DNA of 63,521 nucleotides, the filler included, from Octopus bimaculoides (taxonomy: Eukaryota), in assembly GCF_001194135.2 (NCBI RefSeq). It is 7 parts of 6 records of this genome, joined end to end, with 100 filler letters (N's around TTAATTAATTAA, not from the genome) between each part and the next. Parts side by side here need not be neighbours in the genome. Positions count along the whole stretch, not along the records: positions 1 to 10,149 come from NC_068996.1; positions 10,250 to 20,286 come from NC_068985.1; 5 more parts are not named here. The stretch is one strand, 5' to 3'. Shown piece after piece: positions 1-11,804 of the stretch. The notes beneath the pieces were generated by a model. The model saw only the letters and a program-made list of their open reading frames with translations. It had not been told where the DNA came from and made no database searches. Position 1 is the first letter of the stretch. Each line of letters starts with the position of its first letter. A program made the position numbers and the translations under genes.

Positions 1-39
<39 letters not shown>

Positions 40-41
<2 letters not shown>

Positions 42-92
42 CATGCTAGCATGGAAAGCGGACGTTAAACGATGATGATGATGATGATGATG
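40..92 (+). mobile_element. 3' tail of (GAT)n-tailed SINE/RTE-like repeat (family C)
   Basis: ccatgctagcatggaaagcggacgttaaacgatgatg matches the 3' ends of copies at 2668-2723 and 6751-6804. Confidence 0.75.
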
Positions 93-114
93 ATATATAT
101 ACATGTATATGTTT

Positions 115-320
115 GTGTCTGTGCTTGTCAACTCACCATTGCTTGACAACCAATATTGGTGTGTTTACGTCCCCATAACTTAGCAGTTTGACAAAAGAGA
201 CTGATAGAATATGTACTAGGCTTACAAAGAATAAGTCCTGGGGTTGATTTGTTTAACTGAAGGTGGTGCTCCAGTATGGCTCCAGTCAAATGATTGAAAC
301 AAATAAAAGAGTAAAAGAGT
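115..320 (+). mobile_element. 3' half of tRNA-derived SINE family A
   Basis: Matches the 3' half of full copies at 1549-1970 and 53039-53452 (cttgacaacc...gtgctccag...tgaaacaa.taaaagagtaaaagag). Confidence 0.8.
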
Positions 321-1548
321 GCTGGATTTAGGACAAATGAGGCCCTGTGCAAGTTAACTGGTTCCTTACTTGGACGGTCAAGCATACATGCTCTGGAAAT
401 TCATCGTAAAAAATTTGGGGGTGGGGGCAGGAAGATGGACCACTCCACCCCAGTCAATGGGACCCTGTGCTTAAGCACACCTAAGTCCAAAGGTAAATTT
501 GGCACTGACGATATATCTCATTGACGTTTAATCACCTGTTTGTTACTCCCTTGTTATTTAAAAGACAGTTTGGTTCCTCTTTGGCTTGAAGGAAAATACT
601 TTATTGTTGTTTAGTCCCAGGTCAGCTCTGATCAAGCAAACCTATTACTAAAGTCATTCCAGCTGTTACCATCTAGACTTTCACTATGTATGGTGAAGGT
701 TAGTACTACAGGATCCAAAATGTCCATTTCCAAGGCAGAATGGATTTGTAGGATATTTAGCTACTTTTTCTAGCAGGGTGCTAAGCCACAAAATAGTTCA
801 CTCAATGACTTAATCCTTTAGCATTTAAAGTGGCCATATCTGGCCCAAATATTCTATCTGTTCTATGTTCAAACTGGCTACACATGGCCTCTTGCACCCA
901 TCCTTCAATGTCATTCTAAATATATATTGTCACATCATTGAAATCTCAAAGCTATGAGATAATGCATAATTAATTCAAAATAATATGAATAAATAAACAA
1001 TATTTGATAGAGCAATCTGAATGTTAAAGGTTAAAGGGTAATGTATAAAAGTATAGACACAGTAAACATATGTTAATTAAAGCATGAATTATAATTTAAG
1101 TTTTGGACAGAGCTGCATATGAAAAGGAGGAAAGAGTAAAGCTGAGTGGGTAATATAGTTGAAACACTTGGAGTTGTCTTTCTTGCTTGCTTGGCAAAAG
1201 AAGAATAAAAGAAATCTAGTATTGGTGAATTCTGGGTTTTGATCTCTGTGTCATCCTGGTAAATATATATCCAGGGTAACTTATGAATAAAGACAGATGG
1301 TCAAAATAAACAAAGGTTGGAAATACAAAAATTTACTTGTCTAGACAGATAAAAAGAGAAGAGAACAAAAAAAAAAATATGAAAAGGGTAAAGAAAGAAA
1401 TTTTGTGCATGTTTATCAAAGAATACTAATACCTTAAAGAAAGCAAGGATTAGTGGTTTCCAGCTGAGAAGAATGAGCAGGGCAGAGGGTTAATGCAGAA
1501 CATTCACAGAAGGAATTAAGTGAGGGAAAGGTTGCATTGATTAGGAAT

Positions 1549-1703
1549 GGCTGTGTGGTAAGTAGCTTGCTTACGAATCACATGGTGCTGGGTTCAGTCC
1601 CACTGCGTGGCGTCTTGGGCAAGTGTCTTCTACTATAGCCTCGGGCCGACCAAAGCCTTGTGAGTGGATTTGGTAGACGGAAAACTGAAAGAAGCCCATC
1701 GTA

Positions 1704-1760
<57 letters not shown>

Positions 1761-1970
1761 TTGTGTGTCTGTGTTTGTCCCCCAACATCGCTTGACAACT
1801 GATGCTGGTGTGTTTACATCCCCGTAACATAGCGGTTCAGCAAAAGCGACCGATAGAATAAGTACTAGGCTTATAAAGAATAAGTCCTGGGGTCAATTCG
1901 CTTGACTAAAGGTGGTGCTCCAGCATGGCCACAGTCAAATGACTGAAACAAGTAAAAGAGTAAGAGAGTA
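1549..1970 (+). mobile_element. Full-length SINE family A with internal (TA)n(TG)n microsatellite
   Basis: tRNA-like head ggctgtgtggtaagtagc with B-box-like GGTTCAGTCCC; near-identical to 53039-53452; tail gtaaaagag. Confidence 0.85.
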
Positions 1971-2124
1971 TATGCACCTGCATAAATATTAGTATGGAAT
2001 TATGTGTAGGAGAAAGGTTGTATGGAAATGCAAGTGTGTGTATAGTGCATGTTTGTGCATGTATGCCTTTGTGTGTGTGTTGTGAATTAAGTGTATGAGA
2101 GGTTAAATGAAAGAGCAGAATGTC

Positions 2125-2340
2125 CCTTTCTACTATAGGCACAAGGACTGAAATTTTAGGGGAGTGGTCTAGTCGATTACATTGACCCCAGTGCTTGACT
2201 GGTACTCATTTTATCAACACCCGAAAGGATAAAAGGCAAAGTTGACCTCGGTGGAATTTCAACTCCGAATGTAAAGACAAATGAAATTCTGCTAAGCATT
2301 TTGTCCATTATGCTAATGATTCTGCCATTTCTCTGCCATA
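2125..2340 (-). mobile_element. SINE family B, diverged copy
   Basis: Reverse complement of ggcgagctggcagaa...gagttcaaattcc...gtcgactttgcc...gtgcctatagtagaaa seen in about 12 copies in the window. Confidence 0.8.
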
Positions 2341-2389
2341 TGGATGTACAGAATATTGACATGACAGAATGGTATAAAGGTATTAAGTG

Positions 2390-2845
2390 CTATTCTTTTC
2401 TACTATAGGCACAAGGCCTGAAATTTTTGGGAAGGAGGGCCAGTTGATTAGATCGACCCCAGTATGCAACTGGTATTTAATTTATCGACCGTTGCCATTG
2501 CCAGTACCGCCGGACTGGCCCTCGTGCTGGTGGCACGTAAAAGCACCCACTACACTCTCAGAGTGGTTGGCGTTAGGAAGGGCATCCAGCTGTAGAAACT
2601 CTGCCAGATCAGATTGGAGCCTGGTGTAGCCATCTGGTTTCACCAGTCCCCAGTCAAATCGTCCAACCCATGCTAGCATGGAAAGCGGACGTTAAACGAT
2701 GATGATGATGATGATGATGATGACCCTGAAAGTATGAAAGGCAAAGTCGACTTAGGTGGAATTTGAACTCAGAACGTAGTGGCAGACGAAATACCGCTAA
2801 GCATTTCACCCAGCGTGCTATCAATACTGCCAGCTCACCACCTTA
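2390..2845 (-). mobile_element. SINE family B interrupted by a family C insertion
   Basis: Family B sequence stops at ttatcgacc (2490) and resumes at cctgaaagtatgaaaggc (~2725). Confidence 0.8.
2491..2725 (+). mobile_element. SINE/RTE-tail family C nested in SINE B
   Basis: ttggcgttaggaagggcatccagctgtagaaac...gacgttaaac(gat)n; GACC at 2487-2490 and 2722-2725 as a candidate target-site duplication. Confidence 0.75.
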
Positions 2846-3449
2846 ATGTTAAGTGATACCACCACAATAAAATGTTGATCAAATTATGTGAGGAGAACAA
2901 TTTTTATACCTCTTTAGATATGAATAGACATGAGTGGGCACTGAGAAAAAGGTGTCAATAGTGTATTGGTAATGTGAACAATATTTTATGTGGCAAATTT
3001 ATGTAAAAGAAGTTGCATGAAGTGAATGGCTAGACATAAACTTGTGTGTGGGTGAAAGCAAGTCATTATTGATATCCGACAATAGCTGCACTTATAACCT
3101 GGCAAATGAGAGTTATAGCTTTATATGACAGTAATATAAGTATCATGAAACTAGGAGTGGCTTGGAGAATTGAAAAAGCAGACAACAGACTTGAATGACT
3201 TGGAAATATTTCACAGAAAGTTCAAACAAATGTTGACTAAGTTGATCACCTGTCTTCTAGCTGGTTTCATAGATATACAATAAGCCTTAGAAATGGCATT
3301 TAATGGTCTGTGAAATGGAAGAGGATCCAACACTGTGTAGGGTGGTAATATTTTGGATCAAAGTTCAAGTAATGTCAATTAACTTCTAATACAATTGTGG
3401 TGTGAATGGTGCATGTCAGTCATTCAGAAACAAAAACTTTTAACTTCAC

Positions 3450-5610
3450 TTAACCCCTTGCCTGGCAATCGCGAGGTATCTCGTTTTTGCATGTTTGACC
3501 TTTTTCAGAGTTGGACAAAACATCTTGTCCAAAAATTATTCTCAAATCGGTGGGACAGAATATCTCGTCTAACTCAACTCTTCTACAGCGCTTTTCAGTC
3601 TTAGTGTGTTTGTCTTAGTCATACATCTGGCAGCGCGTTGTGCCATTCATGCTCTCACTTCAGTCATGTGACTCACATCTCACATCATTGCACTTACCAA
3701 TCATTCATCATTAGTACACACATACGTACATACATTTGTTTATTCTAAGGACACATTTTGCCTTTTTGCTTTTTATTTTTAAAATGAGCAGCGACAGTGA
3801 AATTGATGACATGGATTTTGCTAATCTTGACTCCTCAGATTCTTGTGCAAGTAAATTGGATCCGGAAGTTACTCTCTCAGATGATGATGATGATAATGAT
3901 AGTAATGATGATGTCTTGCTTGCTGCCAGGCAATGGTATCAGCTTCCTGTTGGAGATAATCTTGCACCTGCTCCTCCACCACTTCCTTTTGTTGGAAACC
4001 CTGGAATATTAATTGATGTTGGTATATCAGAAATGACTCCTCTTGATTTTTTTCCCCTTTATTTTGATGATGATTTAGTTGACTTTGTGTACAGCGAGAC
4101 AAATAGATTTGCACAACAAACTTCACCTAGAGGTAAGAATTGGCACCCTGTTACAGTCAGGGAAATGCATTTATTTTTTGCTGTGAACATACTTGGAGGT
4201 ATTATAAAGGCACCAGATTTGGAAATGCACTGGTCAAAGCATCCTCTTTTTTGAACAGCCAATTTATGGAACTGTCATATCTCTGAAGTGATTTTGTTAG
4301 ATAAAACAATATCTACATTTCATTGATAATGACTCATATAATGAAGCAAGTTTTCCAAAATCCTAAGTTGCATAAAATACATGATATATACTCTAAGCTT
4401 CATGAGAAGTTCCAGAGTTTGTACACTCCAAAATGAGGCATTTCTCTTGATGAGAGCCTTATGTTGTACAAAGACAGATTGGGTTGGGTTCAATATTTAC
4501 CTTTGAAGAGGAATAGATTTGGAGTTAAATATTTCATGTTATGTGAATCTCACACTGGCTAAGAGTGGAAATTTATGATTTATTGTAGAAAGGGAAGCCA
4601 AATTGGCAACAAATATCAAGAACTTACTTGGTACCATGAAGAGTAATGAATCTTGTGGAACCTTTGCCGAGAAGAGGATATAGCTTAATTGTGGACAATT
4701 TTTATGCTTATCCAGAACTAGCAGATATTTTAGTAGCTAATTACACAGATTTTCTAGGAACAATACATTTCACAAGAAAGGATTTGCCAAAACAAATCAA
4801 GCAAGCAAAACTAAAAAAAGGTGAAATTTGTTGTTTTTGAAAGAGGAAAGGCGATGGCACTAAAATGGAAAGGTAAAAAAGATGTTACTATAATCTCTAC
4901 CATTTATAATCCATCTTTGATAGATATAGGCATTCCAAGGAAACAGATAATAAAGTTGTAAGCCACTTGTGGCTTACAACTTCACTGTGGGTGGAGTCGA
5001 CAAACTTGACTCAACATTTCGTTGATTACCCCATACCCTGAGAACATAGAAAGAGGTATTACAAGAAGGTGTTTTTTCACATGATGGACTTGGCAGTGTA
5101 GAATTCAAACATACTTTATAAAGAATCATTGACACAAATGAATAGAGCCACAGCAAAACCAATGTCTCATATGAAATATAGACTTGAACTTATCGATTTC
5201 CTCTTCTAAGAAAATCATATTGATGTTCCTTGTCGATAAGCTGGGAGACCATCTTCATCTCACCTTACTCAGTACTCATCTGGACAATTTCCCATGGATA
5301 TTCCTTCCACAGAAAAGAAGAAATTTCCCACAAGAAAGTGTGTGCAATGTGCAAAAGAATGAAATGCCTATGGAAAGCCAGTTCACAAAGAATCCTGTTA
5401 TATGTGTAAAATTTGCAAAGTTCCATTTTGTGTAACTCCATATTTCAAAACAACCATATAATGAAAGAGAAGTACTACAAGTAAAGTGAGAAATGTTTCT
5501 TTGCTTTTATTTTATTCTTGTCTTTTATATAAAATAGTCTTTCCAATTTTTTCTATTTATTTTATTTATTTTTTTTTTTTACTGAAGACGAGAAATCTCG
5601 TTTTTGCATA
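3450..5610 (+). mobile_element. Decayed piggyBac DNA transposon (left end intact, right TIR not seen)
   Basis: TTAA at 3450-3453 followed by CCCCTTGCC left end; transposase remnant inside; palindromic CGAG-N4-CTCG-TTTTTGCAT at 3471 and 5588. Confidence 0.85.
3784..5461 (+). pseudogene. piggyBac (PGBD4-like) transposase pseudogene with stops and frameshifts
   Basis: Acidic N-terminus; TPLDFFPLYFDDDLVDFVYSETNRFA; ISLDESLM; LIVDNFY; YNFTVGGVDKLD; C-terminal Cys-rich CVQC...CYMCKICKVPFCVTP. Confidence 0.9.
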
Positions 5611-5654
5611 CATATGATAATGATAATATATATATTTACATAAATACAATATTT

Positions 5655-6625
5655 AAATTCTAATACTTTCCTGCAAATTGCTGTTGTGTGAGACAGTGTC
5701 ACTTTGGGTCTGGGAAAATCAATTTGCTGACGTCCACAGCAGTCGGGCATTCTGACCACTTCATTACATCAAATTTTGCATAAAGATCTCCATATACATG
5801 CATACAAAACTCATCTTATGCAGAATCTTCAGCCACCTGACCACAGGAGGCAGAGGAAATTTGCTGACTGGGTTGTGGAGAGATTTGTAGCTGACGAAAA
5901 CTTTGCAAAGAAAATCCACTGCCACTTGAGTGGATTTGTCAATAAACAAAAATGCTGGATTTGGGGAAATGAAAATCCTCAAATAATGTAAGAGCATGAA
6001 ATGCATCCACTGAAAACGACTGAGTGGTGTGGTTTTTGGGCAGGTGGAGTGCTTAGACTGTTCTTCTTTGAAAATGATGCAGGGAATGCAGTTACCATTA
6101 ACGTTACCAAGACATGATATCCACTCAGTTATGACTGAACTTGGAAGATACGGAGATTGACAACCTCTGGTTTCAGCAGGATGGAGCGACCTGCCACATT
6201 CGGTGCCAAATGCTTGCATTACTCCACAAAAAATTTCCATATCAAGTGATAGCCTTGCATGGTGACCAGACCAGCAATGGCCACCACCAAGTTCCTGCAA
6301 TTTCTTCTTATGAAGGTATGTGAAATCACAGGTATATGTCAAGAAGCCATACACAATTCCTGGACTCAAGGCTGAAATCAGGTATGTGATTAGAGGCATT
6401 GGGCCACACATCTGTGAGAGAGTTATTGGAAATTTTGAGGAGTGCATAAATGTATGCAGACTCAGTGCAGGTGGACATATGACCAACATTGTGTTCCATA
6501 CCTAAGCAGGAGACATAACTCATTAGAAATATGCAGAATATAATGTTTATAAAAATTCAAGTTTATAAGAATTCATTTTAATTAGCCACCTTTCAAATTC
6601 AGAGCACTTTATAGAACGCCCTGTA
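5655..6625 (+). mobile_element. 5'-truncated Tc1/mariner-superfamily element (maT/DD37D-like), decayed
   Basis: HCHLSGFVNKQKCWIWGNENP; NLWFQQDGATCH; WPP..FFL..YVKSQVY..KPYTIPGLKAEI; right end ...tagaacgccctg followed by TA at 6624-6625. Confidence 0.85.
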
Positions 6626-6650
6626 ATATATATATATATATATATATATA

Positions 6651-6804
6651 TTGGCGTTAGGAAGGGCATCCAGCTGTAGAAACTCTGCCAAATCAGATTG
6701 GAGCCTGGTGCAGCCTTCTGGCTTGTCAGTCCTCAGTCAAATCGGCCAACCCATGCTAGCATGGAAAGCAGACGTTAAACGATGATGATGATAATGATGA
6801 TGAT
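6651..6804 (+). mobile_element. SINE/RTE-tail family C, 5'-truncated
   Basis: Matches 2568-2723 including the (GAT)n tail. Confidence 0.8.
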
Positions 6805-6809
6805 ATATA

Positions 6810-7515
6810 TGACTTTGAGACCCAATCTCAACTCATGGCTTGCCACTTCACCCAATATGGATATCCCCTCACCATTATACACACTTCCCTTACCTGGGCA
6901 CGATCTGTGGACTGTGTCTCTGCTCTTTCTTCTCGCACCTGCTCCACCCTTATCTGTTTCCCATTTCCTCCTCACCTACCACCCCTCCAACACACCATTC
7001 TCCGAGTCTTCTAGCAACTCCACTCTGACCCCTCCACCTCATACATCTTCTCTGACTCACTCCTTCCCTCCTTCAAATTACCCCATAACCTGCGTGACCT
7101 GGTCCACAGTTTCTTCCCTACCACTGTCTTCCAGCTTAGTTCCTTCCCCTGTTCTCACCCATGCTGTTGCACCTGCCCCTACTTCTCCAACACCACTATC
7201 CTCACTGGCATCCACCACCATCCCTATCACATCACCAACTCCTTTACCTGCACTTCCAGTAATGTCATATACTGCATCTCCGGCTCTCTCTATCCTTCCC
7301 TGTACATTGGTTGACTGGTTTATGGAGCACTTCTGAGACATCAGACTTGGCAATGACACCCCGGTCTTGTGCCACTTCTGCTTTACCAGTCATTTACTAC
7401 AACATCTATCTGTGTTCAGACTATCTCTGTACAGGGCCACCCTGACTCTCACCTTCACCATGAACAGGAATTAATCTTCTCCCTTCATTTCCTTGTGCCT
7501 TATGGGTTCAACTTG
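6810..7515 (+). pseudogene. Penelope-like element 3' ORF remnant (RT C-terminal region plus GIY-YIG endonuclease)
   Basis: Frameshifted translation: FTQYGYP...LLTYHP...DPSTSYIFSD...LPHNLRDLVHS...PCSHPCCCTCPYF...ITNSFTCTSSNVIYCI...SLYIG...EHF.DIR...EQELIF...PYGFN. Confidence 0.85.
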
Positions 7516-7807
7516 CTACCTCTCTTCATCTGATACCTTCTACATTCAACTGCCCCTCCCCTCCACTTACACACCTGCATACCACCTACCTCAGAACCCT
7601 CACCACACACACACACCTCTATACAAATACCCATACATACTGTTCAACTCATTTCACACACCATTACACCTACAAACACTTTCCCACAAACATACACTAT
7701 ACACATGCACACTATTTGGTCACAAACGTACACACACATACACACATGCACACACCATCTGAGCAAGCATGCAACTGCTAAATGCAAGCATTTGCATATG
7801 CACACAT

Positions 7808-7848
<41 letters not shown>

Positions 7849-8318
7849 TACACAAAACACATATCACTCCACACAACACATACACTAGCTTACTTGTACA
7901 CATACAAACACATCCAGGCTTATGCATTTTCACACACACATTTATAACTGCACACATATGTACACGTGTCCATACACACACACACACACATACATACCAG
8001 TATATGTAACGTATATCACTCCATATAATGTACACACTGGGTCACTTACACACATACACACACACAGGTCCACATATTTTTCAGCTCGCATACTCACAGA
8101 CTCACCCCTATTTCATACATATACACCCACACACATCATTCTCACATACACATGCATACACAAGAGCAAATTCGTTCGGCCTGGTCACCATTATTATTTC
8201 CCCTTCATTCAGCCTCTTTCTTCCGACTATTTCATCATATTGAACTGTTAAGCCCTACACATTTTTTTCCTCTCCCCATTTCTTTTTTATTCTCTTCCCT
8301 TTTTTATTCCTCTTATTC

Positions 8319-8354
8319 CTTTCTGTTGAAGAATGTAGATTCGAAACGTAAAAG
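8319..8354 (+). ncRNA. Minimal type-I hammerhead ribozyme motif, core mutated (A6U)
   Basis: Helix I CUUU/AAAG; CUGUUGA-A; helix II GAAU-GUAG-AUUC; GAAA; palindromic ACGU; GUA cleavage triplet; ~800 nt 3' of the PLE remnant. Confidence 0.7.
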
Positions 8355-9286
8355 ACTTTTCTATTCTTCCCGAGTGTTAAACTAATTCACTTGTTGTTCC
8401 TACATTCTGTCTTCGTCTTTTGTTTTCTGCAAAATTGAACTACACACACACACACACACATGTATATATANNNNNNNNNNNNNNNNNNNNNNNNNNNNNN
8501 NNNNNNNNNNNNNNNNNNNNNNNNNNNNNNNNNNNNNNNNNNNNNNNNNNNNNNNNNNNNNNNNNNNNNNNNNNNNNNNNNNNNNNNNNNNNNNNNNNNN
8601 NNNNNNNNNNNNNNNNNNNNNNNNNNNNNNNNNNNNNNNNNNNNNNNNNNNNNNNNNNNNNNNNNNNNNNNNNNNNNNNNNNNNNNNNNNNNNNNNNNNN
8701 NNNNNNNNNNNNNNNNNNNNNNNNNNNNNNNNNNNNNNNNNNNNNNNNNNNNNNNNNNNNNNNNNNNNNNNNNNNNNNNNNNNNNNNNNNNNNNNNNNNN
8801 NNNNNNNNNNNNNNNNNNNNNNNNNNNNNNNNNNNNNNNNNNNNNNNNNNNNNNNNNNNNNNNNNNNNNNNNNNNNNNNNNNNNNNNNNNNNNNNNNNNN
8901 NNNNNNNNNNNNNNNNNNNNNNNNNNNNNNNNNNNNNNNNNNNNNNNNNNNNNNNNNNNNNNNNNNNNNNNNNNNNNNNNNNNNNNNNNNNNNNNNNNNN
9001 NNNNNNNNNNNNNNNNNNNNNNNNNNNNNNNNNNNNNNNNNNNNNNNNNNNNNNNNNNNNNNNNNNNNNNNNNNNNNNNNNNNNNNNNNNNNNNNNNNNN
9101 NNNNNNNNNNNNNNNNNNNNNNNNNNNNNNNNNNNNNNNNNNNNNNNNNNNNNNNNNNNNNNNNNNNNNNNNNNNNNNNNNNNNNNNNNNNNNNNNNNNN
9201 NNNNNNNNNNNNNNNNNNNNNNNNNNNNNNNNNNNNNNNNNNNNNNNNNNNNNNNNNNNNNNNNNNNNNNNNNNNNNNNNNNNNNN

Positions 9287-9317
<31 letters not shown>

Positions 9318-9320
<3 letters not shown>

Positions 9321-9775
9321 TCATCCGATAAGTAATGTCCGGACTTCTATATTTTCAATTTGTAAATGCTTTAACACTATTTTAGAATGTCTAATAGCAT
9401 CAAGTAATATTTATATGTATTTGGACATATTTGAACTAATTAAATTTCATTTTGCAGGATAATATAATTGAAATTTCGCTAATTATAGCTCTTCAAACAT
9501 GGAAGTGCCTAAGGAACATTTGAGGTACATAATATTTTTATAAGTTTAAAAATGGGAACTCTGCAGCTGAAGTGGCTCAAAATATTGATTCACCTTATGG
9601 AGAAGAGTGCCTGAAAGAAAGAACTTGCAGAAGATGGTTTGTAAGATTCAGAAGTGGAGATTTCAGCCTTGAAGATGAGGTCTGAACAAAATGTCCAATT
9701 GAGTTTGATGACAATCTTTTTTTGGCAGGATTTGAAAAAGGTCATGCAGATTCACATGAAGAATTGGCAAACTAG
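9318..9775 (+). mobile_element. mariner (Mos1-like) 5' fragment
   Basis: After (TA)n; ATG at 9499: MEVPKEHLRYIIF..FKNGNSAAEVAQNI...GEECLKERTCRRWFVRFRSGDFSLEDE (mariner HTH); frameshift and stop. Confidence 0.85.
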
Positions 9776-9777
9776 TG

Positions 9778-9945
9778 TTGGTATGTTTACATCACTCTAA
9801 CTTAATGGTTCAGCAAAAGACCCCAATAGGATAAGTACTAGGCTTTAAAAAAATCCTGGGGTTGATTTGTTTGGCTAAAACATTTCAAGGTGTGCTCCAG
9901 CATGGCTGCAGGCAAATGACTGAAACAAGTACAAGAATAAAAGAA
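9778..9945 (+). mobile_element. SINE family A 3' fragment
   Basis: ggttcagcaaaagac...aagtactaggct...gtgctccagcatggc...gactgaaacaagtac. Confidence 0.75.
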
Positions 9946-10021
9946 TGTATGTATGTATGTATGTATGTATGTATGTATGTATGTATATGTATGTATGTGT
10001 GTGTATATATATATGTATGTA

Positions 10022-10090
<69 letters not shown>

Positions 10091-10149
10091 GTATATATAT
10101 GTATATATATATGTATGTATATATATATGTATGTATATATATATGTATA

Positions 10150-10249
10150 NNNNNNNNNNNNNNNNNNNNNNNNNNNNNNNNNNNNNNNNNNNNTTAATTA
10201 ATTAANNNNNNNNNNNNNNNNNNNNNNNNNNNNNNNNNNNNNNNNNNNN
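10150..10249. other. Assembly spacer N44-TTAATTAATTAA-N44 (also centred at 20331, 25672, 50826, 57457, 62003)
   Basis: Identical 12-mer with stops in all six frames in the middle of 100-nt gaps, six times. Confidence 0.95.
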
Positions 10250-10327
10250 AAATAGAAAGTCATTGGTACAGTATAATATATATATGTATATATATATAAT
10301 ACTGTACTATATATGCGTTTACGCGCG

Positions 10328-10361
<34 letters not shown>

Positions 10362-10639
10362 TTCTCAAGCGTATACAAATATACAAACATTTTTTAATTA
10401 TATTAACGTGGCGACAGGATTTCCTTCCGTATATGTAGATACATTTACGTAGCGCAACCTCATTAGCAAGGGAGCCATCTGGGTACGATCGCGGCGTCAA
10501 CAAGATGCCGACTTGTTGGGAATTTATAAAACTGCTCTGTTGCCGAATACTGGTCCTTTAGATTCGCTTGTAATGCACTATATCTTCATGATGATGATCA
10601 TCATTATCAATCCATGAATATTACTGTCTTGACTCCTAG

Positions 10640-10868
10640 GAATCCAAGGGCCAGCTACCCGGCGTTTAAATGACCGGAGCACGACATTCCTCACGCAACA
10701 GGATCCAGTTAGTTGCAGGACTACACATTTACGGCCGAGTAGACTGGAGCATCGTGAAATGAAGTGTTTTGCTCGAGAACACAACGGGTACCTCGGTTCT
10801 GGGATCGAAGCCGCCACCTTGCGATCGTGAGTGCAACATCCTAAACCCTTGGCCACGCGACATCACAA
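10640..10868 (-). mobile_element. tRNA-derived SINE (related to the copy at 12593)
   Basis: Minus-strand head gcgtggccaagggtttagg...ggcttcgatccc with A/B-box-like motifs; body shares gactggagca.cgtgaaat.aagtgt with 12800-12840. Confidence 0.65.
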
Positions 10869-10937
10869 CAATTGATAAACAAATACTAGGGTTTTCAAAA
10901 TAAAATCCATTTTCTGGGACGTATAAAAACAAATAAT

Positions 10938-11435
10938 CCTTTCTACTATAGGCACAAGGCCTGAAATTTTGGGGGAGGGAGGCAGTCGATTAGATTGACC
11001 CCAGTACGCATCTGGCACTTAATTTATCGACGCCGAAAAGATGAAAGGCAAAGTCGACCCCGGCAGAATTTGAACTCAGAGCGTAGCGACGGGCGAAAAA
11101 CTGCTAGACATTTCGCCCGGCGTGCTAGCGATTCTTATTTCTTTACTGCCCACAAGGAGCTACACACTGAGGGGACAAACAAGGACAGACAAACGGATTA
11201 AGTCGATTATATCGACCCCAGTGCGTAACTGGTACTTTTTTAATCGACTCCGAAAAGATGAAAGGCAAAGTCAACCTCGGCGGAATTTGAACTCAGTCTG
11301 GGGTCTTGTGCTTAGAGTAGAAAAGAATATTTTAAAGGCAGCGAGCTGGCTGAAATGTTAGCACGCCGGGCGAAATGCTTAGCAGTATTTCGTCTGTCTT
11401 TATGTTCTAAGTTCAAATTCCACCGAGGTCGACCA
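10938..11435. mobile_element. Cluster of three SINE B pieces (two minus, one plus)
   Basis: 10938-11135 (-), 11135-11300 (-, variant 3' end shared with 27335), 11338-11435 (+ head). Confidence 0.8.
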
Positions 11436-11804
11436 TCGGTCACTGGTTTGCAACAAGCAAAATTGCTAGTTATTGTTTGAGGAATAGTTATGGCTTGGCT
11501 TGGTGTATATTATGCATTTACAATTCAAACGTTTATCAAGAGGTCTCTTTACCGCACCCTGTATTTTTGTACAACAGAGTAAGCAACAGACTTCTATGCC
11601 CGTAATGTAGCCATCAAGAAGGATTAGGAGATTAATTTGAATTACAGATACAATACTTTGAAGTATGGGAACGGAGTGTGTAATAATGTATGTTAATGAG
11701 TAGACCGCGTTTAACATAATCCCGGGGCAGAATTAATGAGACACTCCTTGTTCCAAGGCCGGTCATTTGAAGTACATTTGAAGTTCTGTTCATACTGTAT
11801 TAAC

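Noticed and set aside
5582-5605. CUGAAGA-CGAG-AAAU-CUCG resembling a hammerhead 5' half
   Set aside because: Followed by UUUU rather than GAAA; explained by the piggyBac palindrome
8420-9335. Long ORFs in the track that consist of X or YI/HT/CV/MYVC runs (here and throughout)
   Set aside because: They are translations of N gaps and microsatellites
10194-10205. TTAATTAATTAA repeated six times, resembling piggyBac TTAA sites or a regularly spaced motif
   Set aside because: Always centred in a 100-nt N gap; a six-frame stop spacer added by the assembly pipeline
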